This document shows positions 1 through 8,292 of a stretch of DNA of 23,786 nucleotides, one piece after another. The DNA lies in the IMG/VR virus record IMGVR_UViG_2799112907_000002, positions 1 to 23,786 of that record. One strand, 5' to 3'. Made by a program: the position numbers and the translations under genes. Position 1 is the stretch's first letter. Every line of letters begins with the position of its first letter. Under the pieces are notes generated by a model. It saw only the letters and a list, made by a program, of their open reading frames with translations. It was not told where the DNA came from and did not search any database. This DNA comes from a virus.

Positions 1-22
1 TAAGACTGGAAAAGGCGAGATT

Positions 23-337
23 ATGAAAAAAATCAGATTCAATAAATATTATAAAAAACCATTATTGGAAGATCTTAAAATCACTACCATACGAAATGAG
101 AAGAAATGCAGGACCAATGAAGTATGTTGTGCAACAACAGAAAATGATGAATTTATCTGTAAAATACGTGTACATCACATACAACCTATAAAATACAAAG
201 ACCTCACACAAGAAATAGCATGGAATGATGGTTTCAAGCATATTGACCTTTTAAAAAAGGAATTGAAAGAATTATATCCTTATTTAGGAGAGTATGATGA
301 GTTATTTATTCATCACTTCACTAGAATTCTATATTAA
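23..337 (+). CDS. ASCH (PUA-like) domain protein
   Basis: 104 aa. The N-terminal 'LLEDLKITTIR' and the later 'YKDLTQEIAWNDGFKHIDLLKKELKELYP' match the ASCH pattern (K.TTIR ... LT.E.A..DGF.....L...L...YP). Confidence 0.75.
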   Translation: MKKIRFNKYYKKPLLEDLKITTIRNEKKCRTNEVCCATTENDEFICKIRVHHIQPIKYKDLTQEIAWNDGFKHIDLLKKELKELYPYLGEYDELFIHHFTRILY

Positions 338-374
338 AAAAAAATATACATTTTATTGGGAGGTTTCTTTTTTG

Positions 375-686
375 ATGACTACTCAAATCACACTATTTAA
401 AGAAAAATACTATCCTCACAAATGCGCATACTGTGGTAAAGGTTTTGAAAAAAAACATAACAGACAAATTTACTGTTCAGCTGAATGTAGTCATAAAGCA
501 AAACAAGACCAGACAGCAGCATGCATGAGAAAAAGAAGAAAATTAGTACGAGAAGGCAAAATAATAGTCAGTGATCAGGAAAAAGCAAAACTTGGCACTA
601 GCTATTTTGGTTATCATAGGTGTGAAGATTTTGAAAAAGAATATCAAGCAGTAATTAAAGAAAAAAGAAGACATGGATTAAAATAG
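375..686 (+). CDS. Small zinc-finger protein (CxxC...CxxxC), basic
   Basis: 'CAYCGKGFEKKHNRQIYCSAEC'. Start moved from 294 to ATG 375 because GGAGGT (359-364) lies just upstream. Confidence 0.7.
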   Translation: MTTQITLFKEKYYPHKCAYCGKGFEKKHNRQIYCSAECSHKAKQDQTAACMRKRRKLVREGKIIVSDQEKAKLGTSYFGYHRCEDFEKEYQAVIKEKRRHGLK

Positions 687-797
687 AAATATTATGATAT
701 ACCACCTATAAAAATATATACTATTGTAAATATAATACATTATTGTAAACATAAAAAAAATGAAATACTTTTAAAAATTTATATAATTCTTTTTTTT

Positions 798-1394
798 ATG
801 GGGGTAAAAAATTTTATGATAAATAAACTATTTATGAAAAATAAAAAGATTTGGATTATTTTAACTGTAGTTGCACTAACATTTTTATTTGTTGGAGCTG
901 TAAGTGCTGCGGAAGATAATGGAACAATTAAAAATAGTAAAACCTTATCCTCTAATGTAGAAGAGGGTAAAATTCAAGCAACTTTTAAAGAAGTTAATAA
1001 TGTTAATAATGTTAAAACAAAAATAACTAGTAAAAAAGTTTCAAATTTGTGTGCTAAAAAATATTATACTAAAACCGTTAAATTACAAAAAGTACATTAC
1101 ACCCCACAAATTAGGCCGACTAAGTTAAAAACTGGAGTGTTGTTGTGTGCTTATTATGTTCCTGATAACAGTGGGCAATTTAATAAAGGTATTTATATTG
1201 GTACACAGTTTTATCCATTTAAAACAGTTGATAACACTAAATTATTAGGTGTTCAAATAGCATTTAGAGGTCACGGTACCACTATATATAAATTATATAA
1301 AAAAACTTCTAGGTGCGGTTGTAACTTCCGTACTATTTCACTCCCTAGAGGTTATACTCCTATTAAAGCTAAGGTTTGGTATAGACACAAATAA
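798..1394 (+). CDS. Secreted or surface protein with an adhesin-like-protein-type signal peptide
   Basis: 'KKIWIILTVVALTFLFVGAVSAAED' has a basic n-region, a hydrophobic core and an AxA cleavage site. An NGT sequon follows. The start could be 798, 816 or 834. Confidence 0.65.
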   Translation: MGVKNFMINKLFMKNKKIWIILTVVALTFLFVGAVSAAEDNGTIKNSKTLSSNVEEGKIQATFKEVNNVNNVKTKITSKKVSNLCAKKYYTKTVKLQKVHYTPQIRPTKLKTGVLLCAYYVPDNSGQFNKGIYIGTQFYPFKTVDNTKLLGVQIAFRGHGTTIYKLYKKTSRCGCNFRTISLPRGYTPIKAKVWYRHK

Positions 1395-1420
1395 TTATAA
1401 TTATTTTTTTATTTTTTTTA
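1395..1420 (+). terminator. T-rich archaeal-type terminator after the secreted protein gene
   Basis: TTATTTTTTTATTTTTTTTA shortly after the stop codon. Confidence 0.45.
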
Positions 1421-1425
1421 TATTC

Positions 1426-1451
1426 TCTAATTTCTCACTTTTATTTATTGA
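1426..1451 (+). promoter_or_regulatory. Copy 1 of the 26-bp motif TCTAATTTCTCACTTTTATNTAWTGA
   Basis: TCTAATTTCTCACTTTTATTTATTGA. The first 19 bp are identical to those at 2175, 10695 and 11479. Confidence 0.7.
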
Positions 1452-2089
1452 AGGATGTTTCCTATTATTTTTTTGTAAGTAGGTTATGTTCTTCGGGATT
1501 TTCTTATACATAAAAAAGGTTTATTTTTTTCCTAAATAAAGGGATTAAATATACTCTATGAGAAAAAAAGGATGTGTAATAAGTTTTTTAGAAAATGTAT
1601 GTGGATTGAATGAGAATATAAAAAAAATATATTTTTTTTTTTAGGGAATAATTATTTTATAAAAACATGTTTTTTTCTTTATATGGAAAATTATATTTTT
1701 ATATGTTCTTTTTTTTATATAGATTCATAGAGGACCAGGTTTATATAATTTTTTTTTAGGATTCTATTAAAATCTATTTTTTTTTTATGTATTAAAATTA
1801 AGGTATTTATAAACAAACTTCGTATCTATTAATTTCGTTTTATCATCTTTCATTATTGATTTTACGTCTCCTTGAAATTTTATTGATTGATATTGATTTT
1901 TTTTATATCCCTCTTTTCAATCCCATACATTATATATTTTTTTTTACGAGTTTTTTTATTATATATGAGAATCCAAACCTTTTTTTATTATTTTGTTTAA
2001 TTTTTTAATATTTTTTATGAACACTGAAATTTAATATTAGGTATTTTATTTTAGGTTTTATCATTTTGTTTATTATGTTTATGGATTAT

Positions 2090-2134
2090 ATGAACAAAAT
2101 TATTTTTTTTTCACCTCCCTTTAATTTTGTTCAT
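2090..2134. repeat. 13-bp inverted repeat with a 19-nt loop containing TCACCTCCCT
   Basis: ATGAACAAAATTA (2090-2102) and TAATTTTGTTCAT (2122-2134). Confidence 0.7.
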
Positions 2135-2149
2135 CATATGATCTATAAT

Positions 2150-2193
2150 AAATAAAGTGAGAGAATAGTACTATTCTAATTTCTCACTTTTAT
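2150..2193. repeat. Imperfect inverted repeat centred on the palindrome GAATAGTACTATTC, overlapping motif copy 2
   Basis: AAAGTGAGA-GAATAGTACTATTC-TAATT-TCTCACTTT. Confidence 0.6.
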
Positions 2194-2200
2194 CTAATGA
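2175..2200 (+). promoter_or_regulatory. Copy 2 of the 26-bp motif
   Basis: TCTAATTTCTCACTTTTATCTAATGA. Confidence 0.7.
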
Positions 2201-2378
2201 AAGGAGAATTAAATAATCAGTTTTTTAAATCCTCTTTTATTGATGAATGAAAAACATTTTTTTTATAGTAAACCAACCTTTTCTTTTTGATTCTCCTTTT
2301 TTTTTATACTTATAAAAGATAATACAATTTATTATTATTTTTTTTGTAACAATCCAAAATAGGGAGGCAACATATGTT

Positions 2379-2594
2379 ATGACAACAAAAAATAGGAAAG
2401 TCAATAATATAATATGCCCTTGCTGCAAACAATCAAAATACATAATAGAAGACACACACAAGGGCGAAACAGTATGCACTCACTGCGGATACATAATATA
2501 TCTAAACTTCCCATATGTTGCTGGACACAAAGTTACAAACAATGGTATAGAATTCAAAATTATACAAGATAAAGTCCAAAAGAAAAAAAAATAA
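2379..2594 (+). CDS. Stand-alone TFIIB/TFB-type zinc ribbon protein
   Basis: 'CPCCKQSKYIIEDTHKGETVCTHCGYII' matches the TFB N-terminal ribbon pattern CPxC...D...GE.VC..CG.I. RBS GGGAGG is at about 2361-2366. Confidence 0.8.
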   Translation: MTTKNRKVNNIICPCCKQSKYIIEDTHKGETVCTHCGYIIYLNFPYVAGHKVTNNGIEFKIIQDKVQKKKK

Positions 2595-2677
2595 AGTAAA
2601 AGAATTTTTTCCTTTTTGATTTTATCTTAATAAAAATACTATTTTTTAAAAATAAAAAACATATTGAGGTTATAACT

Positions 2678-2878
2678 ATGGAATTTGATAATAAAACTAT
2701 TTTAATCAGTGGACTTGTACTTGGATCAATTGTAGCAATGTACCTAAAATATAATGATATTGCATTAGCAATCGTTTCAGGTCTTGTAGGTTACTTAAGT
2801 AAAGATGCAATTACAGTCAATAAAAACAATACAGATGAAGAAGTTATAATGGATGATACTAATGAAGACTCTATCTGA
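2678..2878 (+). CDS. Small two-TM membrane protein, holin-like candidate
   Basis: 66 aa with two short hydrophobic segments ('TILISGLVLGSIVAMYL', 'IALAIVSGLVGYLS') and an acidic tail. RBS GAGGT. Confidence 0.55.
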   Translation: MEFDNKTILISGLVLGSIVAMYLKYNDIALAIVSGLVGYLSKDAITVNKNNTDEEVIMDDTNEDSI

Positions 2879-3206
2879 AAAACTTGAAGCAGCAGGTTAC
2901 CATAAACTGTTTTGGATCAAAAATTATTTCAAAACAGTTTTAACCAGTACTCTTATCAGCTCAGGTGTAGGTTTAATTATCACTGGTGAACTTACACGAA
3001 TGAAAAATCGTGGATGGTCTTCAACAGAATTGCAGTTAGGCGTATTGTGTATAATTGCAGCTGCAATTGGCACATACATAATAGACAAGTACTTATCAAA
3101 AAAAGAAAAAGAAAAAGAAGCAATAATAGAAGAACATATCAACGAAAAAGCACAAGAAATAGCAGAACATAAAATATTAACTGCAATGAAAAATTTAGAA
3201 GAATGA
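2862..3206 (+). CDS. Two-TM membrane protein with a charged C-terminus, holin or antiholin-like candidate
   Basis: Hydrophobic segments 'VLTSTLISSGVGLIITG' and 'LGVLCIIAAAIGTYII'. ATG 2862 follows GGATGA; 2853 is an alternative start. Confidence 0.55.
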   Translation: MKTLSEKLEAAGYHKLFWIKNYFKTVLTSTLISSGVGLIITGELTRMKNRGWSSTELQLGVLCIIAAAIGTYIIDKYLSKKEKEKEAIIEEHINEKAQEIAEHKILTAMKNLEE

Positions 3207-3225
3207 ATCTTTTATAACAACTTTT

Positions 3226-3310
3226 TGTAATGTAACATTTTACACAGTAACGTTACACTAATTGTAACGTTACAACTGTTACATATAATGTTTATATAAT
3301 GGTGATGTAA
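3226..3310. repeat. Array of TGTAAC/GTTACA half-sites and palindromes upstream of terS
   Basis: TGTAAC at 3231, GTAACGTTAC at 3247-3256, TTGTAACGTTACAA at 3262-3275, TGTTACA at 3277-3283, and TGTAA at 3226 and 3306. Confidence 0.8.
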
Positions 3311-3910
3311 TTGGTTAGAAAAAGTAAAGTTGAAAAGTCACCTCATTTTGAAGAAATTGTGCTTAGATTATCACAGGGTGAAAGTGCAAGAAGTGTTTCT
3401 AAATGGTTGAAGGATTCATTTAATGAAGAGATTTCTCATGCTGCATTGGCAAGATATGTGAAAAATAATATTCATATGGAAGAACGTGTTGAAGCTGAAC
3501 TTAATCGTAGAGCTGAAGAAAAAAAGAAGAAAATTCAAAAGGAAAAAGAAAAAGCTCAAAAGGAAAATAAGATTCAGAAACAAGCTGATATGATTGAAAG
3601 GTCTAAAGAGGCAGTTAATAATGTTGCGGAAACTATTGCTAATAATATGGAAGGTGTTGCTAAAGTTGCAGCTCAGTTTCCAAGTAAGTTTCAGAAAGCT
3701 TGTGCCGATGCTAAAAATCCTGAGAGTAATGTAACTTCTAAAGATGTTGCTAGAATATCCTTAGATGCTAATAAATTATATAATGATTATTTCAAACAAG
3801 ATGGAACTAATTTTGAAGTAAATATAGAAAATAATACTAATCTTTCACATGAATTCAATGAAGAGAAAATGAGGAAGATACTGGATGCTAAGCAAAAAAG
3901 AGACAAATGA
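3311..3910 (+). CDS. terS: Probable terminase small subunit (N-terminal HTH, coiled coil)
   Basis: Lies directly upstream of and overlapping terL. HTH-like 'EEIVLRLSQGESARSVSKWLKDSFNEEISHAALARYV'. TTG start after GGTGA at 3301-3305. Confidence 0.7.
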   Translation: MVRKSKVEKSPHFEEIVLRLSQGESARSVSKWLKDSFNEEISHAALARYVKNNIHMEERVEAELNRRAEEKKKKIQKEKEKAQKENKIQKQADMIERSKEAVNNVAETIANNMEGVAKVAAQFPSKFQKACADAKNPESNVTSKDVARISLDANKLYNDYFKQDGTNFEVNIENNTNLSHEFNEEKMRKILDAKQKRDK

Positions 3911-5264
3911 AATTTTAAATGATTTATACTTATTTTATCGTGTTTTTATTACAAGTAATTTTAATGATGATTTAGAAGCAGAACATATAGATTTGTTAAG
4001 TCAACAATTAACCCGACTCCATCTAGGAGATGTTGAACGTTTATGCGTTGCAATGCCGCCGCGCCATAGTAAAAGTTCAATGGTTACATTGGCTTTTCCT
4101 TTATGGTTAATATTTCAAAATCCAGATGCTAATATTCTTATTATAAATAATGCAGCTAATCTATCTGAAAAGTTCGGTATACAATTAAAAGAATTAATAC
4201 GTCAATATGGTCATTATTTTGATGTTAATCTTTCTGATTTAAAACATGCTAAAGACCATCTTATGTTTGAACATTCTGATGGTAAATTATGTAAAGGTTC
4301 AATTCGTCTTGTTGGTGCATCAGGATCTATCACAGGTCAAGATGCAGATTATATTATTATTGATGATCCTTACAAAGGTTTTGATGATATAACACCAACA
4401 CTGTTACAAAAGAAAATTGACTGGTTCGATACTATTGTAGAACAAAGAATTGAACCACATACCAAACTAGTATTGCTACACACAAGATGGCATAGTAATG
4501 ATCTTCAAGGATTCTTCCAAAAGGAACGTTCAGACGAATATGAGTTTATTGAATTTCCTGCAATAACTGATGATGGAAAACCATTATGGCCTGAAAAATA
4601 TTCCTTGGAAAAGCTAGAAAAGAAAAGAGATGCTATTGGTGAAAGATTATTTCAATCAATTTTTCAACAGAAACCTATTGATGATAGTAGTGATTTCTTT
4701 GACTTAGAAAAAATACATTGGACAAAACCAGATGATCTTGAAATTAAACATCATGTAAGAGGATGGGATACTGCTAGTAGTAATTCTAGTGACGGAGATT
4801 ATACTGTAGGATTACCAATGTATTTGTTAGATGATGATGAATCTGTTTTAATCACTGATTTTGTTTATGGTCAATTTGGTAAAGACACTAATAATGTTGT
4901 TAAAAATCAAGTACGTAATGATGGACCAGATTGTATTAGTATTATTGAAACTGGTGTAGCTGCTGCAGGTGAATTGGTTTACAATGAATGGGTAGAACAG
5001 TTAAGCGGATATTTTGTTGAAAGAGCAATGGCCGTACCTAACAACAGTAAATCAGATCGTGCGACCCCATTTAAAAATGCTATAGCAGATGGTAAAGTGT
5101 ATGTAGATATAACAGATAATAATTTAAGACAAATTTTCATTGATGAACTTAAAGCATTCCCTAATGGCGTACACGATGATATAGTAGATGCAGCTTCTCA
5201 TGCATACAATTACCTTAAAGAAAATATTATGGGAACAATGAATATTGAAATTATAGAGTTGTGA
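3885..5264 (+). CDS. terL: Terminase large subunit
   Basis: Walker A 'AMPPRHSKS', Walker B 'IIIDDPYK', motif III 'LHTRWH', and RNase H-like nuclease motifs 'GWDTAS' and 'HDDIVDAAS'. Confidence 0.95.
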   Translation: MLSKKETNEILNDLYLFYRVFITSNFNDDLEAEHIDLLSQQLTRLHLGDVERLCVAMPPRHSKSSMVTLAFPLWLIFQNPDANILIINNAANLSEKFGIQLKELIRQYGHYFDVNLSDLKHAKDHLMFEHSDGKLCKGSIRLVGASGSITGQDADYIIIDDPYKGFDDITPTLLQKKIDWFDTIVEQRIEPHTKLVLLHTRWHSNDLQGFFQKERSDEYEFIEFPAITDDGKPLWPEKYSLEKLEKKRDAIGERLFQSIFQQKPIDDSSDFFDLEKIHWTKPDDLEIKHHVRGWDTASSNSSDGDYTVGLPMYLLDDDESVLITDFVYGQFGKDTNNVVKNQVRNDGPDCISIIETGVAAAGELVYNEWVEQLSGYFVERAMAVPNNSKSDRATPFKNAIADGKVYVDITDNNLRQIFIDELKAFPNGVHDDIVDAASHAYNYLKENIMGTMNIEIIEL

Positions 5265-5270
5265 TAAATT

Positions 5271-6578
5271 ATGGGATTTATAGATAAAATTAAAAATGGT
5301 ATTACAGAACATTTACCAGGAATAAGAAGACCTGACAAATATAGTCTTTATGACTTATTTATGAACGAATATGGATGGTCTTTCACTACACCAGATAAAC
5401 ATACAGGTGATTTACATACTTATTATCAAGCTTTTGAAAAAAATGTTTGGGTGAGAAGATGCTGTATGGTTATCTGTGATGAAATGTTAGCACCAGGTTT
5501 CCAAATAAATAATCCTCATCAAAATAATGTTAATTTTGAAAGAGTTAATTATCTAACAGATTTATTTAATGCACCTGGAGGTAAATATGCTGAAGACACA
5601 TTTTCATCATTAATCAAACAAATTGTACCATCTTTTAAAGTTACAGGAGATGCATTCATAGAAGTTAATCATGATGAACTGTTTGATAACATTCCTAATG
5701 GATTCAGATTTATACCCACAGAAATGATGGGTTATAATTACGAACAGGATGCATGGGGCCTTAGAAATACAGAACACATCTTTGAACCTGAAAACCTAAT
5801 TCATATATACGAACCTAAAATACAAATACGCGGTAGCAAATGGGGAACAAGCCTCATTGACACAATAAGTATGAACATAACACTAGAAGTACTAGGATTA
5901 AACCACAATAAAGACGTATTCGAAAACCACGGATTAGACCCAAGAGCAGTACTATCATTTGATAAAGACCTAAAACCACAATATGTAACTGAAAATATTA
6001 CTCGCTTGAAAAATCAGAAAAATAAAAAAGGAATTATCACTGGTCAAGGAATAAATTATCAACAAACAAACAATAGCAATAAAGACATGGAATTCCTAGA
6101 ATTAATAAGATATAGTAGAGATTGTATCATAACAATGTTTGGAGTACCACCAGCAAAAGTAGACATTATCGAAACAGGCAACCTCGGAACAGGAACTGGA
6201 GAATCACAAGACAAAAATTTCGCAAAAGTCATAAACAGTAATTGCCGCGTAATTGAAGACGCATTTAATAAAAACCTCGGAAGATCAGGATTCCAAGAAA
6301 TATTTGAATTTATCCGAGAAGACCATGAAAACAAACTAAACAGAGCAGAAATAGAAGACAAACAATTACGTAATGGAAGCACTTATATAAATGAAGTCAG
6401 GTCTGGTTATGGTTTAGAACCAGTGGATTGGGGAAATGTACCCATGAATTATAGTCAATTCGCTTTAGCTACTACACCAGAAAATATTGAAGAATCAACA
6501 TTAATCACCCCTACTGAAAATGAAAATAAAAATTTAGAAAAAGCTTTGATTATGGAAAGATTAAACAAAGGATATTAA
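5271..6578 (+). CDS. Portal protein
   Basis: 435 aa directly after terL. Portal-like segments: 'GDAFIEV', 'DMEFLELIRYSRDCIITMFGVPP', 'TYINEVRSGYGLEP'. Confidence 0.92.
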   Translation: MGFIDKIKNGITEHLPGIRRPDKYSLYDLFMNEYGWSFTTPDKHTGDLHTYYQAFEKNVWVRRCCMVICDEMLAPGFQINNPHQNNVNFERVNYLTDLFNAPGGKYAEDTFSSLIKQIVPSFKVTGDAFIEVNHDELFDNIPNGFRFIPTEMMGYNYEQDAWGLRNTEHIFEPENLIHIYEPKIQIRGSKWGTSLIDTISMNITLEVLGLNHNKDVFENHGLDPRAVLSFDKDLKPQYVTENITRLKNQKNKKGIITGQGINYQQTNNSNKDMEFLELIRYSRDCIITMFGVPPAKVDIIETGNLGTGTGESQDKNFAKVINSNCRVIEDAFNKNLGRSGFQEIFEFIREDHENKLNRAEIEDKQLRNGSTYINEVRSGYGLEPVDWGNVPMNYSQFALATTPENIEESTLITPTENENKNLEKALIMERLNKGY

Positions 6579-6582
6579 TACT

Positions 6583-8292
6583 ATGACTAATATTGCTCAT
6601 GAAAGACTAATCACTAACAAGTTAATGTTAGACCATCTAGATATGTGGGATGAATTTGATATTAAATCTGTTGACGATACTAAAACAGTCAGATATTATA
6701 ATCACATAATGAACCATATTAATGATGAAATAGAAGCAGGTTTAAAATGGTTAGATAGTGAGGAAGCAGAAAAATACTTCAAAGAAGAATCACAATACCA
6801 CCAAAAAGTATTCCAATCACTTGAAGATGAATGGGATAGTATACTTGAAAGTAAATATGATAGTGTAGAAGCATTATTAGATGAAGTGTACAGACGCGGA
6901 AAAGCAAAAGGCTACACAGACATGAGAGAACATGTCAGATACACAGAAGCAGATAAATTAGCTTTAGAATTTGTTAAAAATTATAACTTTGATTTAATTC
7001 GAAGAATTGATAATGATGTAAGAAATGAAATCAAAAATAAAATAATATCTGGTTTTCTAGCAGGAGATAACCCTAACCTTATTGCTCCTAAAATTCAAGC
7101 TATTGCAGGTGAACAATTTGAAGGATCCACTTTCACACCACGTCAAAGAGCAACAATGATAGCAAAAACCGAGATATCAAGAGTACAAAATACAGGAATG
7201 CTACAATCATATGTTAATGAAGGTTATACTGAAGTGAAAATATTAACAGCAGAAGATAATAATGTTTGTGCTACATGCTTAGAATATGCTTATGAATTTA
7301 ACAAAGATGATGAATTAATATACGAGAATGCAGGAAAAGAAAAAATACACAACATAATTCAATTAGTAGAAAATGGTTCTTTTCCACCTTTCCACCCATT
7401 ATGCAGATGCACATACCTATCAGTATGGGAAAGCAAAGAAGAACCCTCTATAAATGCAGAAGTAATTGACTTAACTATAGGTAACCAAAATACTTTAGAT
7501 TCATTATATCATAAACAAGATAAATTCAAAGATTATGCTAAAAGTCAAAAAATCGCAGAGGAATTAGATTTTTCTTATGATAAATCAGATAATGGGAATG
7601 AAGTATTTACTGATAAGAAATATGGAGTTAAACTTAAATTTACGAAAGAATTTTTGGACAAATTAGATAAAATGAATATGAATGGAGAAGTTTGTTATTC
7701 AAAATATGATGTTTTGAAAATGTATAAAGATTCACCAAAACTATTTAAACAAGCTTCTAAAAATATAATATTTACTACAAATAATATATCTGAAAAAGAT
7801 GCAACAGGATATCATAGTGCAAAAAATGAAACTATTGGGATTTTACCTTTAGCATTCGTGATTGATTATTATAATCCTACTAATTTAAATTTTACATTAT
7901 ATCATGAAATGGCACATGCTTTAGACCATAAAAAATCTAAAATTGGAGGAAAATATGGTCTTTCTAAAGAAAGTAAAGCATACGCTAATTTTATGTCAAA
8001 AGATAATATTCGTCAAAAAGAAGAGTATGGATCTGTTGTTTTTGTTTCTGAACAAGCAAAGGAAAAAGGTAATCATGAAGATTTTGCAGAGTCAATGGCA
8101 ATGACAGCGTTAATATATCAAGGTAAAATAAATTGTTCATGGATACGATTATCTAATGGGGAGAAATATTCATCTAAACAATTTATAGATCGTTTTCAAA
8201 ATAGGTATCATTACTGTATGAATATCCTGGAAACTGATACTTTGAAAAATATAATATCTAATGACTTTAAAATGGAGATTAAAAATGTTTAA
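6583..8292 (+). CDS. MuF (Mu gpF/SPP1 gp7-like) minor head protein with a C-terminal zincin-like metallopeptidase extension
   Basis: MuF motifs 'RATMIAKTEISRVQNTG', 'VCATC' and 'PPFHPLCRC'. The C-terminal part has HEMAH (7903-7917) and a downstream 'EDFAES' (8077-8094). Confidence 0.88.
   Translation: MTNIAHERLITNKLMLDHLDMWDEFDIKSVDDTKTVRYYNHIMNHINDEIEAGLKWLDSEEAEKYFKEESQYHQKVFQSLEDEWDSILESKYDSVEALLDEVYRRGKAKGYTDMREHVRYTEADKLALEFVKNYNFDLIRRIDNDVRNEIKNKIISGFLAGDNPNLIAPKIQAIAGEQFEGSTFTPRQRATMIAKTEISRVQNTGMLQSYVNEGYTEVKILTAEDNNVCATCLEYAYEFNKDDELIYENAGKEKIHNIIQLVENGSFPPFHPLCRCTYLSVWESKEEPSINAEVIDLTIGNQNTLDSLYHKQDKFKDYAKSQKIAEELDFSYDKSDNGNEVFTDKKYGVKLKFTKEFLDKLDKMNMNGEVCYSKYDVLKMYKDSPKLFKQASKNIIFTTNNISEKDATGYHSAKNETIGILPLAFVIDYYNPTNLNFTLYHEMAHALDHKKSKIGGKYGLSKESKAYANFMSKDNIRQKEEYGSVVFVSEQAKEKGNHEDFAESMAMTALIYQGKINCSWIRLSNGEKYSSKQFIDRFQNRYHYCMNILETDTLKNIISNDFKMEIKNV

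Noticed and set aside
1558-1853. Micro-ORFs in the spacer: 1558-1644 (+, 28 aa) and 1785-1853 (-, 22 aa, with AAGGAGA 13 nt upstream)
   Set aside because: Too short, low in complexity, and weakly or distantly preceded by an RBS; cannot be supported without Ribo-seq.
2237-2479. Minus-strand 80-aa ORF
   Set aside because: It is an antisense shadow of the TFIIB ribbon gene plus AT-rich spacer, with no RBS.
2924-3142. Minus-strand 72-aa ORF
   Set aside because: Fully antisense to the membrane protein gene.
3885-5264. Intein or intron in terL
   Set aside because: The length (459 aa) and motif spacing are normal, with no splice-junction motifs.
5124-5312. Minus-strand 62-aa ORF
   Set aside because: Antisense across the terL/portal junction, with no supporting features.
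6059-6382. Minus-strand 107-aa ORF
   Set aside because: Antisense shadow of the portal gene.
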